IMG/VR virus record: IMGVR_UViG_3300027805_000017
Span: 1 to 56,806 of that record
Source of the DNA: a virus
Taxonomy: Duplodnaviria > Caudoviricetes
Length of the DNA: 56,806 nt
Reading direction: 5' to 3' (one strand)
A program made the position numbers and the translations under genes. Of this stretch, positions 18,998 through 26,210 are shown one piece after another. Within the stretch, counting starts at the first letter, position 1; each line of letters begins with the position of its first letter. The notes beneath the pieces were generated by a model. That model made no database searches, was not told the DNA's origin, and worked only from the letters and a program-made list of their open reading frames with translations.

Positions 18998-19212
18998 ATG
19001 ACCAAGACTTGACCGACCTCTTCGCAGGCATGGCCATCCAAGGGCTTCTGGCGGCCGACACCCGCACGCCCTTGGTCAGCGAACTCGCAGAGTATGCCTA
19101 CGACATCGCCGAAGCCATGGTCGAGGAACGCGCTTCACGGACCAAGGACCACGGCTCAGGGATCATGGCCACCAAAAAGTACACCCGCAAATCCAAAAAA
19201 GTCGTAGAATAA
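18994..19212 (+). CDS. Small helical protein of the same family, copy 2
   Basis: LTDLFAGMAIQGLLA..AYDIAEAMVEER. Confidence 0.7.
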   Translation: MNDQDLTDLFAGMAIQGLLAADTRTPLVSELAEYAYDIAEAMVEERASRTKDHGSGIMATKKYTRKSKKVVE

Positions 19213-19252
19213 AAGCGTGAAACAAAATCTCCTTGGTTCAACCCCAGTTTCG

Positions 19253-19405
19253 CTGACACCCCGGAACAGACGGGGGCTTACATGTCTGGTGCTTGGGCAA
19301 CAGGCACTAGTCATGTAGGCGCCTGGTGTTAGCGACCAGGAAGTACCGAGCGGTATAAGCAGACCTGGGTACCTTGGCGGGCACCCGCACTCTTCGCCGC
19401 TTTTT
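19253..19405 (+). ncRNA. Candidate structured RNA: five consecutive hairpins ending in a U tract
   Basis: CCCCG/CGGGG; ~19-bp stem 19276-19320; CCTGGT/ACCAGG; GTACC/GGTAC; GCGG/CCGC+TTTTT; no credible ORF. Confidence 0.45.
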
Positions 19406-19534
19406 ACGAGTGTTTGATTTTCTATGTCACGGAAAACCCTGCTTTATGGGACGCCTACTTCATATGTAAAAAGCCCCACCAAGGCGCTAATCGCAAAAGT
19501 GGGGCTTTGGTACGTCTGGGGCAAGAAAACGCCG

Positions 19535-19738
19535 CTACGGGGCTTCTGGAGGCTCCGCGGCCATGTTAAGACGTGCCTCGTACTGCATTCCAAGCTGGAT
19601 GTAGTAAAAAGCCTGGGAGCTCACGCTCCTCAACGACTCTTCAGCCAACACCGCTAAGTCATCACGGAAGGCCTGCGTCACACGCAGAGTCAGGAAAACA
19701 TCCTTGCGGGGGGAGGTAGGGGTGGGTATACGGCTCAT
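19535..19738 (-). CDS. Arc-like ribbon-helix-helix regulator (67 aa)
   Basis: FLTLRVTQAFRDDLAVLAEESLRSVSSQ matches the Arc pattern; GGAG RBS before ATG 19738. Confidence 0.7.
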   Translation of the reverse strand: MSRIPTPTSPRKDVFLTLRVTQAFRDDLAVLAEESLRSVSSQAFYYIQLGMQYEARLNMAAEPPEAP

Positions 19739-19996
19739 TTCACTTCTCCATTTGGTGTAATTTAAGGCCCAACCAAGGGTCAGGAAGTAAGGGATAATGT
19801 ACCACGAATATAGCACAAGTGTGACGTAATGTGCAACGCGTAAGGAGAGGTGCGGACAGGGTAGGTCGCAGGACGGAAAAAGGAGGGAGGAGGGCGGGAA
19901 AAGTAGGTGGGATAAGGGTTCGAGGATCACGGACCACGGACCGCGGAATTATTACGTTGAAATTTTAGAAAGCAGGATTATTACGTCTAGCCCCCC

Positions 19997-20221
19997 CTAT
20001 TAACGGATACTTCCCACGAAAAAAAATGAAATTATTTTTTTGAACAAAAAGTATCTAAGTAAGCGTAATACCGTAAGGAACTACTGTTTATGCGGTTCTT
20101 TTATTACGTAAAGGAATATTTAAGTGTGAGGTGTAAGCTTTTTCAGGAAGTTTACGGGGTGCGCGCGCGGTCTCATTTTTTAGTAATTTTTTTTTTTTTC
20201 GTGGGAAGTATCCGTTAATAG
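19997..20221. repeat. Perfect 30-bp inverted repeat around an AT-rich spacer; putative replication origin
   Basis: CTATTAACGGATACTTCCCACGAAAAAAAA (19997-20026) and its reverse complement (20192-20221); TTATTACGT copies nearby. Confidence 0.8.
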
Positions 20222-20302
20222 AATTGAATAATTGGTTTTGAAAAGCTTGCTAAAAGCGGGATAGTAGGATACTCTACGTGGATACTCAGAAAGGAGGTTG
20301 AA

Positions 20303-20560
20303 ATGCCTGTAAGAGATGAGGTGGTGGGGTTGGTTGGAATCACTCAAAGACAGCATTACATGCGTCGCAGCTCAACAAGTAAGAGGATTAGATATCCGTT
20401 CAAGGCCATGATCCGTGGTGACTACTTCTTGTGTGAGTCACCTCTGGAAGTGGAAAACATCAGAAGCGCATTAAAATCGTTCTACCGGCGCTACCCGACA
20501 AGGCGGTTTACTGTCAGGCAGGGTGAGGAAGATGGTCTTTGGATCGTGAGGAGGGTTTAG
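20303..20560 (+). CDS. Small basic, putative DNA-binding protein
   Basis: AAAGGAGG RBS; RYPFKAMIRGDYF..FTVR..IVRRV motif. Confidence 0.7.
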   Translation: MPVRDEVVGLVGITQRQHYMRRSSTSKRIRYPFKAMIRGDYFLCESPLEVENIRSALKSFYRRYPTRRFTVRQGEEDGLWIVRRV

Positions 20561-20562
20561 AC

Positions 20563-21363
20563 ATGGCTTTGTCAAAAGAACAGCGAGCGGAGCGTCGCAA
20601 GGCTGCGCGGTCGCTTCAAAAGCCTCCTACGCTGCTTAAAGCGTCCCTGGCGGCACGTTTAAATGAGCCTGTACCCAAGCCTAAGGGGGGTCGATTTAAA
20701 GCGCTGAGCGAGCGGGAATGGCGTTTTGTGCATGAGCTGGTGTCTGGCGAGGGCCAGGTCACGATGAAAGAGGCTGCAATACGTGCGGGGTATTCTGAAG
20801 CCTCAGCAACAAGCATGGCCACCGCATTAACAAGTCCTGAATCGCACCCCCACGTTGTGGCCGCTATACAGGAATTTAGGCGTGAGATAGCAGAAAAATA
20901 CGGCACCACGTTCGAGCGGCACATGAGGGACATGCAGATTATTCGTGACAGGGCACTCGAGGCGGGCAATTACGGCGCCGCGGTGGCTGCTGAATATAGG
21001 CGTGGGCAGGCGCTCGGGACTATCTACATTGATCGCAAAGAAATCCGGCACGGTACGATTGACAGCATGTCTAAAGAGGAAGTTATGCGTAAGCTTACAG
21101 AGATTAAAAAACTCTATGGTGGCTCGCCTGGTGGGGTGTTGGATATTGAAGTCAATCAAATTGAGGAGGTAAGCGATGCCGATGAAACCGGAAGCAGCGC
21201 TCTCGAAAAAGTTAAGCGAAAATTTGCCGCAAGCCCTGATCACGAAGATCGAGAACCGGGTGAACCTCGGGATTCCGGATCTTCTGATAGCTTTGGATTC
21301 TCCTTCGATGTTCGTAATGATGGAGTTGAAGATAGTCAAGACAGGACTAAAGATAAACCTTAG
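20563..21363 (+). CDS. terS: Terminase small subunit
   Basis: LSEREWRFVHEL..EAAIRAGYSEASA HTH typical of TerS; start taken at ATG 20563. Confidence 0.8.
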   Translation: MALSKEQRAERRKAARSLQKPPTLLKASLAARLNEPVPKPKGGRFKALSEREWRFVHELVSGEGQVTMKEAAIRAGYSEASATSMATALTSPESHPHVVAAIQEFRREIAEKYGTTFERHMRDMQIIRDRALEAGNYGAAVAAEYRRGQALGTIYIDRKEIRHGTIDSMSKEEVMRKLTEIKKLYGGSPGGVLDIEVNQIEEVSDADETGSSALEKVKRKFAASPDHEDREPGEPRDSGSSDSFGFSFDVRNDGVEDSQDRTKDKP

Positions 21364-21595
21364 TCCCCATCAATACAGTTTTCACCTAAAGCACGCCAGC
21401 ATGGGGTGCCCGACTTTTATACTCGTTCAGTACTACCCGCCTGAGTCTTCGGGAGATAAACCCTTATTAAAGCTCTACAGAGGCGCTCAGGCGCTTTTTC
21501 TGTTCGATGAAGGGGTAAGGGTACCCCCCATCGCGCAATGGCCTGTGAGGGCTGTAGACTGGTCCGAGATGCGTGCTTTGTTGGCCGATGGGTAA
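21176..21595 (+). CDS. VRR-NUC / Holliday junction resolvase-like PD-(D/E)XK nuclease
   Basis: PEAAL..RVNLGIPDLL..MELK..LSPHQ. Confidence 0.75.
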   Translation: MPMKPEAALSKKLSENLPQALITKIENRVNLGIPDLLIALDSPSMFVMMELKIVKTGLKINLSPHQYSFHLKHASMGCPTFILVQYYPPESSGDKPLLKLYRGAQALFLFDEGVRVPPIAQWPVRAVDWSEMRALLADG

Positions 21596-21598
21596 GAA

Positions 21599-21621
21599 AA
21601 AGCCCTGACTAGCAGGGCTTT
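21599..21621. terminator. Bidirectional intrinsic terminator between convergent units
   Basis: AAAGCCCTG-ACTAG-CAGGGCTTT at the convergence point. Confidence 0.7.
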
Positions 21622-21726
21622 AGGGTTACTTGTTTTTCTTATCTCTGTTCATAAAGGCCTGAAAAACTGCAAACATAAGAAGACGTGAGATTAGTTTGAA
21701 CATTCCTGGATTTGTAGGCGTTGTTT

Positions 21727-21951
21727 TCATGGTGCGACAGTTTCCAGAATGTTCTTAAATAGTGGGTGCACATTGTCCCAGTAGGCGCCGATGTCCTTCG
21801 GGAAAACCCGTATCTGTTCTCTTATTTCGTCCATACTGGTGACAGTTATCACGCCAGAGCTCGGGTAGGTAGAGCTCACAAAGTAGGCGTGGTTTTTGAC
21901 GTGCACAATGTCACCACATTCCACTGGCTGGCCATTCAAGTACTTAATCAT
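21727..21951 (-). CDS. Hypothetical protein (74 aa)
   Basis: Coupled ORF in leftward cluster. Confidence 0.6.
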   Translation of the reverse strand: MIKYLNGQPVECGDIVHVKNHAYFVSSTYPSSGVITVTSMDEIREQIRVFPKDIGAYWDNVHPLFKNILETVAP

Positions 21952-22208
21952 ATAAACCCCTTCAATTCTGTTTTGAGTGCTTCGACAAGCTCCCTATATT
22001 CTGGCTTATTGCGACCCTTAGTGATAATGACCACCAGGTGAAATAATGCATCAGTATCCGCGAGCTCCTTTATCCAGTAGCTCGCGTCAGGCCCATTGTC
22101 CGCGATTAAACTCATTAAATCGTCGGTGCTCTGTTCGTTTATTTCGTTCTGATAATCTTCGTCTCCATGTACGTCGTCATAGCGACCTGGCCATGTATTA
22201 AAGTTCAT
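21948..22208 (-). CDS. Acidic hypothetical protein (86 aa)
   Basis: AAGGA RBS; ATGA coupling. Confidence 0.6.
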   Translation of the reverse strand: MNFNTWPGRYDDVHGDEDYQNEINEQSTDDLMSLIADNGPDASYWIKELADTDALFHLVVIITKGRNKPEYRELVEALKTELKGFI

Positions 22209-22293
22209 GATAGTCCTTTATAAGTAATTAGCTAAAATGATTGTCGTGGCGCCCAGTACGGCCGCGATTGTGGCGTGTATTTTTTCGCTCATG

Positions 22294-22545
22294 TTATTTA
22301 ATCCCTAACATTGTTTTAATCTCGGCCTTGATGCGTCGTGCTTCAGGTCCGCGCCATGTTCCTGAATTGGCCAAAAAATATACCAAGATTGTGCGCGCGT
22401 CGTCATACCCGTAATTGTCATCAAGGTCAGACAATGCGAGCATTGATCGGATATAAGGTAGCGCGCCAAAATACGGCCGTTTCCAATTGTCCAAGATATC
22501 GTTAGCTATGCTATATATCTTACGATCTACAATAGTGTTTTCCAT
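22294..22545 (-). CDS. Conserved phage hypothetical protein (83 aa)
   Basis: W.RPYFGA.PY..YG.DD..YFLAN..TWRG..ARRIKAE motif; start taken at 22545. Confidence 0.7.
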   Translation of the reverse strand: MENTIVDRKIYSIANDILDNWKRPYFGALPYIRSMLALSDLDDNYGYDDARTILVYFLANSGTWRGPEARRIKAEIKTMLGIK

Positions 22546-22594
22546 TATTTTCTTCCTGTATAGGTGGCCGCGATACCCTCGCGGCATAGGGTTT

Positions 22595-22777
22595 TTACTC
22601 TGTCAATTGTGCGAGGGATTCTACTAGGCCGTCGTGATAACCATCAGAGTATCCGGCGCGCGCAGTATCCCCAAAGGGTTTAGCGCAAGGTTTACCCTGT
22701 AGCGCGTCGCGTTTCCCTTGTTTATATGCTGTGTCGTATCGTAGTTGATTTGTATTAGTTTGCATTTGGTTACTCAT
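22595..22777 (-). CDS. Hypothetical protein with weak ribosome-modulation-factor-like motif
   Basis: AYKQGKRDALQGK..PF..GYSDGYHDG. Confidence 0.5.
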   Translation of the reverse strand: MSNQMQTNTNQLRYDTAYKQGKRDALQGKPCAKPFGDTARAGYSDGYHDGLVESLAQLTE

Positions 22778-23427
22778 GCTGTTTGCTCCAATTTAATTAT
22801 CCGAATAACTTTATGCATACTGACACCATGCGCAGGGTATGCAATAACTGTTACCTTTTTGTCGTAGCACGCGCGACAACCCTTACACTTTCCACCATTG
22901 GCATATGCTTCGCACAATTTCATACCCTTTTTTATGTCTTGTGGTGTAGGGATAATCACTGAACCATGTAGTTTTTTAGTGTATTCGCCTGTTACGCTAT
23001 CGCTACTGAATCGGACCGATACATTAGGCAAGCTTGCCATGGCCTGAAGCACTAGCGCAAACTTGGGGAATTTATGCATTCTTGTGGGTAACCAATGCGA
23101 CACCCAAGGGGTGCGTTTCATAACTTCTAGCATTTTCTCGGCCAAACCTAGCGCGTACATATCACCACTATCAAACCAGCGAAAGAATTGGTCCTTGTTT
23201 AATTCTGCAACCATGTCGTCAACCCACTCCAGGCGCTGCCAATCTTCTTTATTGTGGCGTCTAGGTGCTTTCACATTCTCAAAGCGATAATTTCCCGTTG
23301 TCGCATAGCAGCCCTTACATGCTGGCACTAATTCACCAGGTGAAGCTATTGAGCCAGGGCAAGTGTCTAAAGCTTGAAGGGACCAAGAGCGGATCCCGTC
23401 TAATTTTGAAGTCACTGAAATTTTCAT
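22774..23427 (-). CDS. GP88-family (radical-SAM-like, Cys-rich) protein
   Basis: TCPGS..CKGCYA, FRWFDSGD, WLPTR, C-terminal C..CKGCRACY. Confidence 0.8.
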   Translation of the reverse strand: MKISVTSKLDGIRSWSLQALDTCPGSIASPGELVPACKGCYATTGNYRFENVKAPRRHNKEDWQRLEWVDDMVAELNKDQFFRWFDSGDMYALGLAEKMLEVMKRTPWVSHWLPTRMHKFPKFALVLQAMASLPNVSVRFSSDSVTGEYTKKLHGSVIIPTPQDIKKGMKLCEAYANGGKCKGCRACYDKKVTVIAYPAHGVSMHKVIRIIKLEQTA

Positions 23428-23463
23428 GATCTATTTCTCTCTGTATGTGTAGATAATAATTAA

Positions 23464-23634
23464 TTAATCTTCTTCGCCTGCATATGGGTCAAACCCTGAA
23501 TCATTGCCATGTCTCTGCGCCCACTCCCTGCGCTGGATCTCTTGCAAAGCAAAAGCATAATTTTCTATATCTTTTTCTAATTGTGCTTTATGTCCTTTTT
23601 CCTCTGACTTCCAATCAAATGGTTCGTAGATCAT
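23464..23634 (-). CDS. Hypothetical protein (56 aa), first gene of leftward cluster
   Basis: Manual translation MIYEPFDWKS..AGEED; GGAG RBS. Confidence 0.55.
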   Translation of the reverse strand: MIYEPFDWKSEEKGHKAQLEKDIENYAFALQEIQRREWAQRHGNDSGFDPYAGEED

Positions 23635-23851
23635 TTTTAGCTCCGGTTTGTTTTCGTTTGCTTGTACTGCGCGTTAAGTGTAACAACAAAACACCACAAA
23701 ACACCACGCCCACAACATGATATTTTTTAATCAGAATAGATAACTAATAGTTTTCTTTTAATAGTGTTTAGACGTGTTTTAAGGCCTTTTGAGCGTGTTT
23801 AGTGGTTCTTGAGGCCTATACATAGGGCAAAACAACGCTTGTTTTTATGCG

Positions 23852-23867
23852 TGTTCCACGTGGAACA
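23852..23867. promoter_or_regulatory. parS: parS-like palindrome TGTTCCACGTGGAACA, copy 1
   Basis: Perfect 16-bp palindrome matching the chromosomal parS consensus TGTTNCACGTGNAACA. Confidence 0.75.
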
Positions 23868-24059
23868 ATAGGGGAAAAAACTGTATCATAATTAAAAAAC
23901 AGTGAATTTCACTACAAAAGAATGTTTATACATTTGTTATAACTGCCCGCACGAAAAAAAGGATAAACCAGGCCCGCGGTCCGCGGCCCGTTTTCCCTGG
24001 TAAGTTTCCCGAGCTCGCGGCCCGTGATCCGTGATCCGTGTTGCTTGGTCCGCGGCCAT

Positions 24060-24075
24060 TGTTCCACGTGGAACA
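24060..24075. promoter_or_regulatory. parS: parS-like palindrome, copy 2
   Basis: Identical 16-mer, extending to a 22-bp palindrome 24057-24078. Confidence 0.75.
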
Positions 24076-24165
24076 ATGCGCGGCCGGTGGTGCGTGGTGC
24101 ATGCCTGGTGGCCGGTGGTCAATGATGCGCGGCCCGCGGCCAGGGATCCTAGGTGCATGTTGATT

Positions 24166-24181
24166 TGTTCCACGTGGAACA
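24166..24181. promoter_or_regulatory. parS: parS-like palindrome, copy 3
   Basis: Identical 16-mer, part of a 27-bp direct repeat with copy 2. Confidence 0.75.
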
Positions 24182-24533
24182 ATGCGCGGCCCGCGGGCCC
24201 TGGTACATGGACCATGTCACCAGGCCCGAGCACCGATAGCCAGGCGCTATGCATTACGGGCAACGATAGGCGCTAGCTATCCAAGAGCCGCGGCTCAGGG
24301 TTAACCCTCAGGGTACCTTGGGGTGATCGGGTTTACCCTAGGTTAGTGGGCACTCACTCACAGAAAATAGGCCTACCTTCGCGCCTGCGGCAGCTTGAGC
24401 CCTATTTCACACAAAATATCACCGCCAGATCGTAAATGACTAAGAAGACCTTACTGTCGTCCCGTGAACCACCCCCCTTTGTTTTAAAAACGCATATGCC
24501 TAAAAATTTTTTAAAATTTCAAACGCAAATGAC

Positions 24534-24553
24534 TTTGTGACATAGATCACAAA
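24534..24553. promoter_or_regulatory. CRP/CAP-type box upstream of terL
   Basis: TTTGTGA-CATAGA-TCACAAA = TGTGA-N6-TCACA with palindromic flanks. Confidence 0.55.
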
Positions 24554-24619
24554 CTTATATTCACTGCACACAAAGTCTCGGTTATAGAAACCTTCTGTGC
24601 TGCGTGATATCATCGCGCC

Positions 24620-26098
24620 ATGAACCTTGCACATAGTTCCCATGCGGCTGAGATAGAATCCGAGAAGCTCAGGCTCGAGTTGCGTCTTTCGATGTTGGAT
24701 GCCCAAGAGAAAGCCCGTGAGCATTTCATCGACTTTGTTCGTTATGTCTGGCCATCCGCGATCCTCGGAGAGCATCACCGAATCATGGCTAATGCTTTTG
24801 ACCGCATTGCCAAGGGTACGCTCAAGCGCTTGATCATCAACATGCCACCGAGACACACCAAGTCCGAGTTTGCATCCTATCTTCTGCCTGCCTTTTTGAT
24901 GGGCCTTGATCCGCGGACCAAGGCAATTGAGGCGACACACAACAGCGAGTTAGCCGTAAGGTTTGGCCGTAAGGTGCGAGACTTGATGGATACGCAGGGG
25001 TACAAGGAATTGTTTCCTGATGTGTTGCTCAAGCAAGATAGCAAGGCGGCGGGTCGGTGGGACACGAATAAGGGCGGGGAATACTTTGCGGTCGGCGTGG
25101 GGGGTGCGATGACGGGTCGCGGTGCGGATGTCTTGATTATTGACGACCCGCACTCGGAGCAGGATGCGATGAGTGATTTGGCGTTGGACAATGCGTGGGA
25201 GTGGTATAGCTCGGGTCCTCGCACGCGCTTGCAGCCTGGTGGTTCGATTGTGGTGGTGATGACACGGTGGGGGACGAAGGATTTGACGGCGCGGTTGTTA
25301 AATGCGCAGAAATCGCGGAACGCGGATCAGTGGGAGGTGATTGAGTTTCCTGCTATTTTGCCAAGCGGGCGGGCGTTGTGGCCGGAGTTTTGGAAGTTAG
25401 AGGAGTTGGAGGGTGTGCGGGCATCTTTGTCTGTGCAGAAGTGGAACGCGATGTACCAGCAGCAGCCTACCAATGACGAGGGTGCAATTCTCAAGCGCGA
25501 GTGGTGGAAGGTGTGGCAGCACGATGAGCCGCCACAAGCGGACTATGTGATTCAGAGTTACGACACGGCGTACTCCAAGAAGGAGACGGCGGACTTTTCT
25601 GTCATCACGACATGGGGCGTGTTTCACCCAACCATGGACGACGGGCCAAACATCATCTTGATGTCTGTCAAGAAGGGGCGGTGGGACTTTCCTGAATTAA
25701 AGAGAATAGCGATAGAGGAGTACAGGTACTGGCAGCCGGACAATGTGCTGATTGAGGCGAAAGCGACGGGAACGACCTTGCAGCAGGAGTTGCGACGCGT
25801 CGGGATTCCTGTGACGATGTACTCGCCGGGCGGTCGTAGAACCGGGCAGGACAAGGTATCGCGAGCAAACTCGGTAGCCCCGATCCTTGAGTCTGGGTTA
25901 GTGTGGGCGCCTGACACACAATGGGCCGAGGAGCTTGTCGAGGAATGCGCGGCCTTTCCTAACGGGGATCATGACGACCAGGTGGACAGCACGATACAGG
26001 CGCTGATGCGGTTTCGCTCGGGCAACTTCATTACTCTGGGCACGGACGAGCCGTGGGAGGACAAAACGGATGCGGGGGTTGTGCCGGAGTATTATTGA
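24620..26098 (+). CDS. terL: Terminase large subunit
   Basis: NMPPRHTKS, GRGADVLIIDDP, SYDTAY..ADFS, IEAKATG, FPNGDHDDQVDS. Confidence 0.95.
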   Translation: MNLAHSSHAAEIESEKLRLELRLSMLDAQEKAREHFIDFVRYVWPSAILGEHHRIMANAFDRIAKGTLKRLIINMPPRHTKSEFASYLLPAFLMGLDPRTKAIEATHNSELAVRFGRKVRDLMDTQGYKELFPDVLLKQDSKAAGRWDTNKGGEYFAVGVGGAMTGRGADVLIIDDPHSEQDAMSDLALDNAWEWYSSGPRTRLQPGGSIVVVMTRWGTKDLTARLLNAQKSRNADQWEVIEFPAILPSGRALWPEFWKLEELEGVRASLSVQKWNAMYQQQPTNDEGAILKREWWKVWQHDEPPQADYVIQSYDTAYSKKETADFSVITTWGVFHPTMDDGPNIILMSVKKGRWDFPELKRIAIEEYRYWQPDNVLIEAKATGTTLQQELRRVGIPVTMYSPGGRRTGQDKVSRANSVAPILESGLVWAPDTQWAEELVEECAAFPNGDHDDQVDSTIQALMRFRSGNFITLGTDEPWEDKTDAGVVPEYY

Positions 26099-26138
26099 GG
26101 GCTGACAAAAGTTATAGGGGTTGTGCCGGAGTATTATT
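26075..26138 (+). repeat. 22-bp direct repeat duplicating the terL 3' end
   Basis: GGGGTTGTGCCGGAGTATTATT at 26075-26096 and 26117-26138. Confidence 0.9.
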
Positions 26139-26210
26139 AAGAGATACAATCAGGCGAAGAGTATTGATATACTCACGCTATTACTCGCATGTATGCGATA
26201 AGGACATAAC

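Larger units (their letters stand above)
23971..24300. repeat. GC-rich array with 7-bp periodicity surrounding parS copies 2 and 3
   Basis: e.g. ggcccgt gatccgt gatccgt gttgctt ggtccgc; ggccggt ggtgcgt ggtgcat gcctggt ggccggt ggtcaat. Confidence 0.7.

Noticed and set aside
19253-19405. tRNA or hammerhead ribozyme
   Set aside because: No T-loop/cloverleaf and no CUGANGA/GAAA core; kept only as an unclassified RNA candidate
23852-24191. Repeated palindromes as a CRISPR array
   Set aside because: Only three copies, spaced 208 and 106 bp, with repetitive intervening DNA and no cas genes
23937-24276. ORFs 23937-24263 (-) and 24031-24276 (+)
   Set aside because: Low-complexity translations of the heptamer/parS array without convincing RBS
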